The translations under genes were made by a program, and so were the position numbers. 64,000 nt of DNA from Candidatus Bathyarchaeia archaeon (GTDB taxonomy: Archaea > Thermoproteota > Bathyarchaeia > Bathyarchaeales > Bathycorpusculaceae). Where the stretch lies: NCBI GenBank assembly GCA_038850545.1, contig JAWCLS010000001.1, positions 4,285 to 68,284 on the forward strand. Reading direction: 5' to 3'. Positions within the stretch are counted from its first letter, which is position 1; every line of letters begins with the position of its first letter. Below the pieces are notes generated by a model. That model worked only from the letters and a program-made list of their open reading frames with translations, had not been told where the DNA came from and ran no database searches. Positions 37,082 through 46,724 of this stretch are shown one piece after another.

Positions 37082-37162
37082 TCAAATCACCTACATTTCG
37101 AAACCGAAAAAATGTAAAAAAAGTTGTATTTAACCCTTACACTTTTTAATGTTTCCCATAGC

Positions 37163-38170
37163 CTAAATTAACTTAGTTAGCGGCCGAACTTTTAAAACTT
37201 CAGAGTTAACAAGATTCGGTGGCACTTTTCCATGGAAGAAGGCAACCAGGTTTTCCGCTACCATTTCAGCCATTCTGGATCGAGTTTCACGGCTTGCGCT
37301 TCCTATGTGGGGGGCGACTACGACGTTTTCAAGCTTAAGCAGCGGATTATCAACGGGTGTAGGCTCCTGCTCAAAAACGTCTAGGGCTGCGCCTGCGATC
37401 CAGCCTTCTTTTAGGGCTTTGTAAAGTGCTTTCTCATCTATAATAGGGCCTCTTGCGTTGTTAATTATGTAGGCGGTTTTCTTCATGAGTCTGAGTCTTT
37501 CCTCGTTGATCATGTGGTAGGTTTCTTTTGTCAGCGGAACGTGAATGCTTACAAAGTCTGATTCTTTGAGGAGAGTCTCCAAATCCACACGTTTTGCGCC
37601 GACTTCTTTCTCCACCTCAGGCGGCATGGGCACAACATCGTAGTATAGAATTTTCATGTTGAAGCATTTGGCTCTTCTTGCCACGGCTGTGCCTATCCTG
37701 CCCGCTCCAACGATGCCTATTGTTGCGCCGTGAACATCTTTGCCCAAAAGCATGCTTGGATGCCAACTCACTTTCCATTGCCCAGTTCGGACATACTTGT
37801 CCGCCTCAACAATGCGCCTTGCAACGGCCATCAACAAGGCCCAAGCTAAATCCGCCGTGGTTTCAGTTAACACCCCTGGAGTGTTTGTCACATATATGCC
37901 TCTTTTTGTAGCTTCGTTAACGTCTATGTTGTCGTAGCCCACAGCCATCTGGGAGACAATTTTCAATTTTGGCGCAGCGTCAAAAACTTCAGCGTCAATC
38001 TTGTCTGTTAAAAGCGTGGCTAAAGCGTCCACGCCTCTAGCCTTCTCTATTATATGCTGTTTCGGAGGCGGGCCGTATTCAGGCCAAACCTCAACATCGA
38101 AGTATTTCCTCATTATTTCCAGGCTTCTTCCGGGAAGCTCACGTGTCACGTACACTTTGGGCTTCGGCAT
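37163..38170 (-). CDS. gyaR: glyoxylate/hydroxypyruvate reductase (D-2-hydroxyacid dehydrogenase)
   Basis: Collinear with archaeal GyaR: [34 protein letters not shown] and PPNLVN. Confidence 0.85.
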   Translation of the reverse strand: MPKPKVYVTRELPGRSLEIMRKYFDVEVWPEYGPPPKQHIIEKARGVDALATLLTDKIDAEVFDAAPKLKIVSQMAVGYDNIDVNEATKRGIYVTNTPGVLTETTADLAWALLMAVARRIVEADKYVRTGQWKVSWHPSMLLGKDVHGATIGIVGAGRIGTAVARRAKCFNMKILYYDVVPMPPEVEKEVGAKRVDLETLLKESDFVSIHVPLTKETYHMINEERLRLMKKTAYIINNARGPIIDEKALYKALKEGWIAGAALDVFEQEPTPVDNPLLKLENVVVAPHIGSASRETRSRMAEMVAENLVAFFHGKVPPNLVNSEVLKVRPLTKLI

Positions 38171-38270
38171 ATACTGTTCACCTTAGCAATGGTTTGCGAA
38201 ATACTTTATTAAGGTTCTAATTCTTACATTTATGCGCTTCCCTTTCGAAACGTCATAAAAAGGTGTACCG

Positions 38271-39641
38271 ATGATAAGAAATATAGAGCAGCTTATTGAG
38301 AATGGTGAAACTCCGCTTGACCGTAAAGCCAGAGCTTTAGCATTAAAAAGCTTAGAAACTGCTATGAAAGCAGCAGATCCTAAAAGGATAATAAAGCAAA
38401 AAATCTCGCTAAGGAATTCCGTTCTCCACGCGAATGGTTACTCCTTTGACCTTAAAAAATTCAAAAACATATACGTTATAGGCGGAGGAAAAGCCGGTGG
38501 TTCCATGGCTGAAGCCCTAGAGGAAATAATCGGTAAGCGCATAACTTTCGGCGTTGTAAACGTTCCTAGAGGAAGCAAGCATAAAACAGGCATTATTAGG
38601 CTTCATGAGGCAAGCCACCCGGTTCCAGACGAGTCCGGCGTCGAAGGAACCAAACGTATGCTAGAAATTGCAGAGAAGGCGGGCGAAGAAGACCTTATAA
38701 TATGTTTGATTTCAGGCGGAGGTTCAAGCCTCATGCCCTTGCCCCGCGGCGAAATCACCATAGCCGACAAGAGTAAAATCACCGAGGACCTCCTTAAAAG
38801 CGGCGCAACCATAAACGAAATAAACACTGTTCGAAAGCACATTTCAGAGTTTAAGGGCGGCTGGCTTGCGAAAAAGGCTTTTCCAGCAACAATCCTAAAC
38901 CTAATCCTTTCAGATGTTTTAGGCGACTCCTTGGACTTCATCGCTTCAGGCCCAACTGTTCCAGACTCAACAACCTTCAAAGATGCAGTGAAAGTTTTAA
39001 AAAAGTATGGCTTATGGGAAAAGGCTCCTGAGTCGGTCCGAAAAGTCTTATCTAACGGGGAAAGGGGTCTTATTCCTGAAACTCCTAAAGCTGGAGATGA
39101 AGCCTTTAAGAAAGTCTTTAACGTGGTTGTCGGAAACAATAGGTTTGCAAGCTTAGCTGCATGTGAAGCCTTAAAGTCTGAAGGACTAAACACGCTTCTG
39201 CTAACTGCGGTTCTCGAAGGCGAAGCAAGACACGCTGGGACAGTGCTGGCTTCAGTGGCGCGGGAGGTCGCCGCGTCTGGAAATCCTGTTCCAAAACCAG
39301 CGGGTATAGTGGCTGGCGGAGAAACAACGGTCACCGTTGTCGGAGACGGCTTAGGCGGAAGAAACCAAGAAATAACCTTAGCAGCCGCGTTAAAGATCAG
39401 CGGCCTCGATGGAGTTGTTGTTGCTTCTTTCAGCACTGATGGTGTGGATGGACCGACGGACGCTGCTGGAGCATTAGTTGATGGGAAAACCCTAGCCAAA
39501 GCTGAGAAGATGGGACTGAACGCTGAGGAATACCTAGCCAAAAACAATTCTTACAACTTCTTTTCAAAACTGGACGATCTCATTTTTACTGGTTCAACTG
39601 GCACAAACGTTAACGACATCTCTGTCATGGTGGTTTTATAA
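38271..39641 (+). CDS. gck: glycerate 2-kinase (DUF4147 + MOFRL family)
   Basis: VIGGGKAGGSMA, LISGGGSSL and the C-terminal MOFRL ...GGETTV...GGRNQE...TDGVDGPTDAAGA are present. Confidence 0.85.
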   Translation: MIRNIEQLIENGETPLDRKARALALKSLETAMKAADPKRIIKQKISLRNSVLHANGYSFDLKKFKNIYVIGGGKAGGSMAEALEEIIGKRITFGVVNVPRGSKHKTGIIRLHEASHPVPDESGVEGTKRMLEIAEKAGEEDLIICLISGGGSSLMPLPRGEITIADKSKITEDLLKSGATINEINTVRKHISEFKGGWLAKKAFPATILNLILSDVLGDSLDFIASGPTVPDSTTFKDAVKVLKKYGLWEKAPESVRKVLSNGERGLIPETPKAGDEAFKKVFNVVVGNNRFASLAACEALKSEGLNTLLLTAVLEGEARHAGTVLASVAREVAASGNPVPKPAGIVAGGETTVTVVGDGLGGRNQEITLAAALKISGLDGVVVASFSTDGVDGPTDAAGALVDGKTLAKAEKMGLNAEEYLAKNNSYNFFSKLDDLIFTGSTGTNVNDISVMVVL

Positions 39642-39664
39642 CATGTGAAAAGAGTTGATGGAAA

Positions 39665-39949
39665 ATGGTTGTAACCGTTAAGTTCCTTGGCAGTCTCCGC
39701 AACATATCAGGAAAGAGCAAAATAACCCTAAAATTTGAAACTCCCGTCCCTTTAAGGGAAGCCGTAAAGAAAATAATTGAAGAGCTGCCAGCGTTGAGGA
39801 GGGCGTTAATCGACCAAGAACTTGGAGACCCGAGGCCAAACAGTCTGATAATTGTTAACGGAAGGGAGATAAGCATCCTAGATGGTTTGGAAACCATGCT
39901 GAAAGACGGAGACGAGGTTGTCTTTGTCCCAGTTTTGCACGGCGGATGA
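39665..39949 (+). CDS. MoaD/ThiS-family ubiquitin-like small protein (SAMP-like), C-terminal GG
   Basis: 94 aa, beta-grasp pattern, ending ...VVFVPVLHGG. Confidence 0.8.
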   Translation: MVVTVKFLGSLRNISGKSKITLKFETPVPLREAVKKIIEELPALRRALIDQELGDPRPNSLIIVNGREISILDGLETMLKDGDEVVFVPVLHGG

Positions 39950-40069
39950 TTCTGTGAGGCTTTACGTACTATCGAGGCAAATGTTGCAAACCCGAAAGCA
40001 ACGGTTTGTAAATAAGTTGGATAATATCGCAAAATTTAAGACAGAAGATAGCAATTATAACATTTTGAA

Positions 40070-40609
40070 GTGACGGGTTTGGGAAAAGCAGCTTGGCAAA
40101 CTCCGCTGTATGTTTCGGTTGCTTGGGCCTTAATGATAAGCTATCAAATGTTCACTCAGGCCGCAGTCACAACACTTGTTACTTACATTCACATGTTTTG
40201 GCCTTCCGTGGGCGCTTGGCTAACTTCCAGAGTAGACATGATAGTCTTCATATCCGCATTCGCATGGGTCTTTGTCCTCTCATCCGCTATTCCATCAGTC
40301 ATTCTAGGAAAAGAAAGAAGTGTTCTCATTCAGTTCTTTGTTTGCTTGACCTTAACCTTTCTGGCTTTCATAGCCTACGATGTCTTAGCAGCCTATGAAG
40401 GTGTGCCAATCAACCAAATCCTACGCTTAGTTGTTTTACTCAACAATCCTTTCCTTGCAATAGCTTATCTCTCCGTGCCTTATGTTCTAATGCTTATAAT
40501 CGATTTTCGCGCTAGAAAAAGACGTAAAAAAGAAGAAAAATTATTGGAAGAAGTGACAAATGCTTACCTGCAGAACGCCATCGCTGCTGAACAGAATCAC
40601 CAAGAATGA
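40070..40609 (+). CDS. integral membrane protein, unknown function
   Basis: 179 aa, about 5 TM segments, a basic KRRKKEEK tail and a GTG start. Confidence 0.55.
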   Translation: MTGLGKAAWQTPLYVSVAWALMISYQMFTQAAVTTLVTYIHMFWPSVGAWLTSRVDMIVFISAFAWVFVLSSAIPSVILGKERSVLIQFFVCLTLTFLAFIAYDVLAAYEGVPINQILRLVVLLNNPFLAIAYLSVPYVLMLIIDFRARKRRKKEEKLLEEVTNAYLQNAIAAEQNHQE

Positions 40610-40630
40610 AACAATGATGGAAACAGCGTC

Positions 40631-41428
40631 ATGTTGAATCCGTTAATAACTTTGACTACAGATTTTGGGTTGGCTGACCCTTACGTCGCCGAAATGAAAG
40701 CCGTTATTTTTAAAATAAATCCAGAAGCCAAAATAGTTGACATAAGCCACCAAGTAGAAAAATTCAACATAAGAATGGGCGCGTATGTTTTGGCTGCAGC
40801 GACACCGTACTTTCCAGAAGGTACAATTCACGTGGCAGTTGTAGACCCGGGTGTTGGAACAAAACGCAAACCAATCTTAATAGAGACCAAGAATGGGTTT
40901 TTCATCGGACCGGACAACGGCGTTCTGGCTTTGGCGGCAAACAAGCAAGGCATAAAACATGTTTATGAAATTGCAAACCCGAAATTTATGCTTCCGAAAA
41001 TATCCGCCACATTTCATGGAAGAGACATATTCGCCCCAGCCGCGGCTTTTCTCTCTAAGGGGGTTCCACCATCAGAATTTGGACGCGAAATCCGCAAAAT
41101 TATGATGCCAAAATTCACAAAAATAGCTAAAAAAGGCAACGCACAAGTAGGCGAGGTTATACACATCGATGACTTTGGAAATATAATCACAAACTTTACA
41201 GAAAAAGAGCTTAAATTGGCGGGCGCCAAGGATACCATCAACATCAAACTTAAGAAAACCACATTAAGTCTTAAACTTTGCAGGGCTTATGCAGAAGTGG
41301 AAGCGCAAAAGCCGCTGGCTATTATAGGAAGCCATGATTTTTTGGAAATATCCATAAACCAAGGGAACGCTGCGGAAACTTTTAAGGTAAAAGCTGGAGA
41401 CAAGGTTAAACTTTATCGCTCTTTGTAA
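40631..41428 (+). CDS. SAM hydroxide adenosyltransferase (DUF62 / SAM hydrolase SAM-dependent halogenase family)
   Basis: ITLTTDFGLADPYVAEMKAVI, VVDPGVGT and FHGRDIFAP motifs are present. Confidence 0.85.
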   Translation: MLNPLITLTTDFGLADPYVAEMKAVIFKINPEAKIVDISHQVEKFNIRMGAYVLAAATPYFPEGTIHVAVVDPGVGTKRKPILIETKNGFFIGPDNGVLALAANKQGIKHVYEIANPKFMLPKISATFHGRDIFAPAAAFLSKGVPPSEFGREIRKIMMPKFTKIAKKGNAQVGEVIHIDDFGNIITNFTEKELKLAGAKDTINIKLKKTTLSLKLCRAYAEVEAQKPLAIIGSHDFLEISINQGNAAETFKVKAGDKVKLYRSL

Positions 41429-41930
41429 GGTCTTTTAGCCTTTCAACACCGCCTATCTCCTTTATAAATTCAGCCACGCTTTTTGGCACAAGTTCCTCCC
41501 AGTTTTCTCCTTTTAGCATTCGCTTCCTAATTTCGGTTGCAGAGTAAACCTTCCGCTTATGGAAACGGATGGACTTAACCTCGTATCCGGCTTCTATGAA
41601 AAGTCTTCTAGTAAGCGGCTCATTGGAGTATACAACGTCAAAGCGTGGAGTATACCCCTCAACGGCGGAAACCCAAACCATATGTATGTGTATGTCTGGG
41701 ACAGGCACAATCCATATACGCCGATAATCTATTCCAGCCTCGTCTAAGGCTTTCCGAATCATAACAATTCTTTCACCTGTCGTAAAGGGGTTACCAACAC
41801 GGTGGCTGTACTGGGCGCTGCCAACAACGATTATCAGCTCGTCAACTTCCTTTAAAACCTCTTTTACTACGCTTAGATGTCCCAGATGAAAGGGTTGAAA
41901 CCTTCCAACGAAAAGCCCACGTTTAACCAT
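41406..41930 (-). CDS. nadM: nicotinamide-nucleotide adenylyltransferase
   Basis: GLFVGRFQPFHLGH plus ...SATEIR. Archaeal NMNAT pattern. Confidence 0.9.
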   Translation of the reverse strand: MVKRGLFVGRFQPFHLGHLSVVKEVLKEVDELIIVVGSAQYSHRVGNPFTTGERIVMIRKALDEAGIDYRRIWIVPVPDIHIHMVWVSAVEGYTPRFDVVYSNEPLTRRLFIEAGYEVKSIRFHKRKVYSATEIRKRMLKGENWEELVPKSVAEFIKEIGGVERLKDLTKSDKV

Positions 41931-41989
41931 GGAACCATCCTCTTTTGAGGTTTAAGCATCTTGCTTTTATCATTTGCGTTTGAAAGGCA

Positions 41990-42601
41990 CTATTGCCTCC
42001 CTTTTTGCCTAAATAACAAACTTTCCACGGGAAAAACATGCAATTTCCCCCCGTTTACTGAAATATTTTGTTCAGCGGTGTATCCTCTTCTCTCGCGGCT
42101 TAAGATTTCTAGCTTAACTTGCAAGCCTCCGCCGTATCCGCCTAAAGAAAAATTGGAAGCCACAACTCTGTGGCATGGGACAATTAAGGGAAACGGATTA
42201 GAAGCCATAACGCGGCCCACAGCTCTAGGGCTTCCGCCAGCCACCTTCGCAACAGAACCATATGAAGCCAAATAACCAATGGGAATTGAAGCGACAACTT
42301 TAAGGACGTTTTTTGCATAGCCCGACAAGTGCTCCGTGGCGAGGGAAAATTTGTAAGAGGCATCCCTTCCACAGTAAATGTCTCTAAGCAAGGTTATCAC
42401 TTGCTCAGCGAAACTGGAAACCTCTTGCGAATGCTGAAAAGGAATATTAAAAGGAATGCTTCGCAACAAATTGTGCAAAACCTGACTTTTGTTAAACGCG
42501 AACGCTGTGGCAAAAATGCTTTCGCCATCGCAAGCAACTCCAAACCAGACGCCCTCCAGGTTTTTGGCATAAAGAGTTAGCATCCCGCCCCGCCTTTTCA
42601 A
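41990..42601 (-). CDS. ogt: methylated-DNA--protein-cysteine methyltransferase
   Basis: Active-site PCHRVV, YGSVA and the helix-turn-helix region are present. Confidence 0.85.
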   Translation of the reverse strand: MKRRGGMLTLYAKNLEGVWFGVACDGESIFATAFAFNKSQVLHNLLRSIPFNIPFQHSQEVSSFAEQVITLLRDIYCGRDASYKFSLATEHLSGYAKNVLKVVASIPIGYLASYGSVAKVAGGSPRAVGRVMASNPFPLIVPCHRVVASNFSLGGYGGGLQVKLEILSRERRGYTAEQNISVNGGKLHVFPVESLLFRQKGRQ

Positions 42602-42735
42602 GAGTATTACTGAGTCATTGGTTATTTAGCTCTATGTCCATGGAAAAATACTGAATGGAACAGATGTGAACAGCTATGGCTTAAGTTGGAAAATCATTAA
42701 GTTTAATAGGTTGTGAACGCATATCCACGTGAAAG

Positions 42736-43365
42736 GTGAGAAGCATGGAAAAAGAGGGACAAATGCCCCAGTACCTATGGGTTCCAGGCGCAACCACTGT
42801 TGGCATAGTGTGCAGGGACGGGGTTATCCTGGCCTCTGAGAAACGTGTTTCTTATGGGTACTTGGTTGTTAGCAGAGGCGGAAAGAAAGTTTTCAAGATA
42901 ACAGAGCATATCGGCGCAGCGTGTGCTGGGCTTGTTTCCGACATGCAGATTCTGGTAAGAGAAGTGGAAGCTTACGCGAATTTGTATAGCATGGATGTGG
43001 GCAGACCCATTTCTGTTAGATCAGCGGCCAAACTGATGTCAAATCTGCTTTTCGCCCGCAGACTGGCGCCGCTGATAACCCAAACAATCGTTGGAGGAAT
43101 AGACGACGAAGGCGCATCTCTTTATGTGCTGGACGTCTTGGGCTCAGTGATCCCTGATAAGTTTGCTGTTGTGGGTTCTGGAACGGAAATTGCCATGGGA
43201 GTCCTTGAAGAAGGTTATAAGGAAGGCTTAAGCATGGAAGATGGGAGGGGACTAGTTGTCAGAGCAATAAAATCCGCCATAAGCAGGGACATCATGAGCG
43301 GAGACGGCATCGACTTCCTATTCTTAACGAAGGATGGAGCTCGCGAAGAATCAATAAAATTCTAA
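42736..43365 (+). CDS. psmB: proteasome subunit beta
   Basis: The propeptide is followed by GATTVGIVCRDGVILA (Thr1 nucleophile). The likely start is ATG 42745 behind AAAGGTGAG. Confidence 0.9.
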   Translation: MRSMEKEGQMPQYLWVPGATTVGIVCRDGVILASEKRVSYGYLVVSRGGKKVFKITEHIGAACAGLVSDMQILVREVEAYANLYSMDVGRPISVRSAAKLMSNLLFARRLAPLITQTIVGGIDDEGASLYVLDVLGSVIPDKFAVVGSGTEIAMGVLEEGYKEGLSMEDGRGLVVRAIKSAISRDIMSGDGIDFLFLTKDGAREESIKF

Positions 43366-43373
43366 AGGCTAAA

Positions 43374-44033
43374 TTGGGTAAACAGTCAAGCGGAGACCAG
43401 ACACACTTGTCATTCGATTTAAGCTTAGAGGAAGGAAAAATTCTCGTTAAGCTTGCACGCAACGCAGTGGAGGAATACTTGAAAAATAGAAAACGCATAA
43501 GCATGCCTGAAAGTATCCCAGAAAAGTTAATGCAACCTTGCGGAGTCTTCGTCACAATAAACAGCATTGAAAGCGGCGAAAAAGAACTGCGGGGATGCAT
43601 TGGTTATCCCTACCCATCAACCCCTCTGGTTCAAGCGGTTATAGATTCTGCCATAAGTTCTGCAACCCAAGACCCGCGTTTTTATCCGCTTTCCTTAGGC
43701 GAACTGGACCATGTGGTTTTTGAGGTTAGCGTTCTTACTCCACCGCAGCTTGTAAGTGTGGAAAAGCCAAGCGAGTACCCCTCAAAAATTAAAGTGGGTG
43801 AAGACGGGTTAATTGTTGAAAGGGGATTTTATAAGGGGCTGCTTCTGCCTCAAGTCCCTGTGGAATGGGGTTGGGATGAAGAGGAATTTCTATGCCAGTG
43901 CTGCCTTAAGGCGGGTTTGCCTCCAGACTGTTGGCTTATGAACGGCACAAAAGTCTATAAGTTTCAAGCCATAATTTTTGAAGAGGAAAAACCAAAGGGC
44001 GAAGTTAAAAGGAAAACTCTTCTCTCTGTATAG
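43374..44033 (+). CDS. AMMECR1-domain protein
   Basis: CGVFVTINS...LRGCIGYP is the AMMECR1 signature. TTG start. Confidence 0.85.
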   Translation: MGKQSSGDQTHLSFDLSLEEGKILVKLARNAVEEYLKNRKRISMPESIPEKLMQPCGVFVTINSIESGEKELRGCIGYPYPSTPLVQAVIDSAISSATQDPRFYPLSLGELDHVVFEVSVLTPPQLVSVEKPSEYPSKIKVGEDGLIVERGFYKGLLLPQVPVEWGWDEEEFLCQCCLKAGLPPDCWLMNGTKVYKFQAIIFEEEKPKGEVKRKTLLSV

Positions 44034-44036
44034 TGA

Positions 44037-45179
44037 TCAAAAATTCGCAGCTTCTTCAATAATTTCCACTGCTTTTTCAACACCCTTAAACTTGTTTGAG
44101 TATTGGTTCAACTTTTGCACGTTACGCTTGTAAAACGCTATCTTGTTCTCCATTTCATGGATTGCTTGCATCAGTTGTGTTCTGTTTTCCGCAATTATGG
44201 AACATTTCATGTCCTGCATTTTCTTGGCGTTGGCCCTTTGCTCAGGCTGTGTTGGGATGCAAATGCTTGGTTTTATATGTTTTATGGTTTCGAAGCATGT
44301 GGTGTGCCCTCCGCTGAAAATTATAAGTTTGGAGTTTGCCATGCATTCCTGTCTTTCTTGCGGAGACAACCACGTGTGTATGGTGCAGTTTCCAATTTTT
44401 GCTGAGATTTTCTTTCCTTGTTCTCCTAGGCTTACTATGCTTTTCGTCTTCAGTTCGCTTAAAACTGGAATCACGATTTGTTTCAATTTGGCCTTTGTTC
44501 CAAGAGGCCCGCTTATTGGAGCGAAAATATACTCTTCTGATCCTTCTGTGGGCGTCATGTCAATGAAGCTGCCCACAAATTCAACTTTGTCTTTGACTCC
44601 AACATCCTCCAAGCTTCCTAAATTGTATTCGCAAACAGTGTATGGCATCGGGTTGTCTGGAACAATTATTTTTGAACAAAATTTTACATAGCGTTCAGTA
44701 AACCTTTCGCCTGGAATAAGTAGAGAAGGGAAACTATAGCTTGGTCGAATAACATTTGTTATATACACTGAGGGAAAATTCCATCTATGCGCCAAGCGCA
44801 GTGCATGCATGTCACCGTCAGAAATAATCAGGTGCGGCTTGATTTTTCGAATGTTCCTTCTAAGGTCATAGTAGCGGTGCACCGTTTCTATTCCACTCGG
44901 AGTTTTCACCCCAAACTTCCCTTTTCCTTCATTGGAATGTGGGAGGGGTAATAAAATGTTCAAAAGCGACGCTGAAACAATTATTCCACGCGTGTTCTCG
45001 TACCAAGCCACAGGCGTGCAATGGTAAACGTTCTTAAACTCCTTTTTTAGAAGCTTGTAGGCTGTTCCTCCAGAAAAGAAGAACAGTTCATGCTCCCTCT
45101 CTTCCAGCTTCTTTCCTAAAAGCATCAGCCGTGAAACATGCCCCAACCCCAATTCAGTGCAGCTAAGCATCAAACGCAT
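44037..45179 (-). CDS. GT-B fold glycosyltransferase (GT28/MurG C-terminal-like, MJ1255-like)
   Basis: N-terminal ELGLGHVSRLMLLGKKLEEREHE and C-terminal ...IFSGGHTTCFE resemble the GT1/GT28 family. Confidence 0.7.
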   Translation of the reverse strand: MRLMLSCTELGLGHVSRLMLLGKKLEEREHELFFFSGGTAYKLLKKEFKNVYHCTPVAWYENTRGIIVSASLLNILLPLPHSNEGKGKFGVKTPSGIETVHRYYDLRRNIRKIKPHLIISDGDMHALRLAHRWNFPSVYITNVIRPSYSFPSLLIPGERFTERYVKFCSKIIVPDNPMPYTVCEYNLGSLEDVGVKDKVEFVGSFIDMTPTEGSEEYIFAPISGPLGTKAKLKQIVIPVLSELKTKSIVSLGEQGKKISAKIGNCTIHTWLSPQERQECMANSKLIIFSGGHTTCFETIKHIKPSICIPTQPEQRANAKKMQDMKCSIIAENRTQLMQAIHEMENKIAFYKRNVQKLNQYSNKFKGVEKAVEIIEEAANF

Positions 45180-45287
45180 AATTCAAAAGAGCGCAGCCGA
45201 TATTTATTTCAGTTATCCTAACAGTTTTGGAGAGGAACAAAAACTATTAAATAAGAAGTGTTCTCTTGATGAGAACATGGTAAGCGT

Positions 45288-46169
45288 ATGTTCTTGCCGA
45301 AGAAAATTTTGGAAGAGAAACTTAAGCGTTTTCTCGCCGAAGACCTTGGGCAAGGAGACTTAACCTCCGCCCTGATAGTTCCTGAAGGAGGCATAGCAGA
45401 GGCAGAAGTTATAGCGAAAGAGGCGGGTGTTGCTGCTGGAATTGAGGAGGCCGATGCTCTTCTCAGAAGTCTCGGCTTGAAATCTGAAGCTTACGTTAAA
45501 GATGGAGACGAAATAAAGCCCAAACAGGTTTTAATTAAAATTTCTGGAGACGCAAAAACCATACTTTCCGTTGAACGCACCCTTCTGAACGTAATTTCCA
45601 GAATGAGCGGCATAGCCACAGCCACGAGGAAAATTGTTGAAGAAATCCGAAAAGCTGGATACAAAACAAGAATCGCCTGCACAAGGAAAACTGCGCCTGG
45701 ACTGCTATACTTTGATAAGAAGGCAGTTCTCGTAGGCGGCGGTGACCCCCATAGGCTTCACTTAGACGACATGGTTCTAATAAAGGATAATCATATAGCA
45801 ATTGCGGGGAGCGTTGAGAAGGCGGTTAAAATGGTTAAGGAAAAAGTCTCTTTCAGCAAGAAAATTGAGGTTGAAGTGGCCAACGTCGAAGATGTTCTGA
45901 CGGCGGCAAAGGCTGGAGCAGACATAATCATGTTGGACAATTTTTCACCTAAACAAGTAGAAGAAGCAGTCATTCTTCTTAAAAAGGCTGGATTTTTCGG
46001 AAAAGTCCTTATAGAAGCCAGCGGCGGAATAACTGTTGAAAACGTTCTGGATTTCGCCTCAAAAGAGGTTGACATAATAAGCCTTGGAGAATTAACCCAC
46101 AGTGTAAAAGCCTTAGACATAAGCCTAGAAATCACGAGCTTTAAATTAGGGAGCCGAGTGCTTGAATAA
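45288..46169 (+). CDS. nadC: nicotinate-nucleotide pyrophosphorylase (carboxylating)
   Basis: ERTLLN, TRKTAPGL, IKDNH, IMLDN and ASGGI motifs are present. Confidence 0.9.
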   Translation: MFLPKKILEEKLKRFLAEDLGQGDLTSALIVPEGGIAEAEVIAKEAGVAAGIEEADALLRSLGLKSEAYVKDGDEIKPKQVLIKISGDAKTILSVERTLLNVISRMSGIATATRKIVEEIRKAGYKTRIACTRKTAPGLLYFDKKAVLVGGGDPHRLHLDDMVLIKDNHIAIAGSVEKAVKMVKEKVSFSKKIEVEVANVEDVLTAAKAGADIIMLDNFSPKQVEEAVILLKKAGFFGKVLIEASGGITVENVLDFASKEVDIISLGELTHSVKALDISLEITSFKLGSRVLE

Positions 46170-46704
46170 GCGCTACTTCTATGACTGCAGCCACGAATAA
46201 CGTTACAGCACATATGGAAATCATGATACATGTGTTTACAAGCTCTCTTCTTCCCTTACGCTGTATGATGCGCCAAGTCAGCCAAATGCTTTGCGCGAGA
46301 GCTGTGGAGTATGCCAAAAACTCAAGCCATGTGAATGGGAAGATAAATAGTAAAAGGAAACTTAGTATTGGTGATACTTTTACACTGATGCTTTCAGCAG
46401 CGATCACAACACCCGTGCTGTATAGCACGTAGCATCCAAAAAATGGGCCAACGACGGGTATGAAAAATGAAAGGCACAAAATGAAATTGTTCCCGAAAAT
46501 AAACGCTGTTCCACCAAATGCTCCGGCACTTGAAACGTTCTCCCGCATTTTCTCCATTTCGTCAGTAATTTCAGTTACCTCTTCGGCGGTAAGCGGAGTT
46601 AATGCACCTGCAACAGTTACAATCAGCGAAAGGATGAAAAAAGCTACAATCGTGAGAATTCTCTTTGTCCTTGACGAATTGCGTGTCCAAAATTGAAATG
46701 CCAA
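46141..46704 (-). CDS. SpoIIM-like / DUF95 membrane protein
   Basis: IFGNNFILCLSFFIPVVGPFFGCYVLYSTGVV is typical of DUF95. About 5 TM segments. Confidence 0.7.
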   Translation of the reverse strand: MAFQFWTRNSSRTKRILTIVAFFILSLIVTVAGALTPLTAEEVTEITDEMEKMRENVSSAGAFGGTAFIFGNNFILCLSFFIPVVGPFFGCYVLYSTGVVIAAESISVKVSPILSFLLLFIFPFTWLEFLAYSTALAQSIWLTWRIIQRKGRRELVNTCIMISICAVTLFVAAVIEVALIQALGSLI

Positions 46705-46724
46705 GACTTCAACTCCTTAAACTT

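Noticed and set aside
38603-39547. 314-aa antisense ORF inside the glycerate kinase gene
   Set aside because: Its Ser/Pro/Ala/Thr-rich low-complexity translation is typical of the reverse frame of a Gly/Ala-rich gene. The sense strand has a full-length MOFRL glycerate kinase match.
44096-44691. Several + strand ORFs (73 to 182 aa) inside the glycosyltransferase gene
   Set aside because: They are Cys/Phe/Leu-rich nonsense-like translations and mutually overlapping. The minus-strand GT-B protein is full length.
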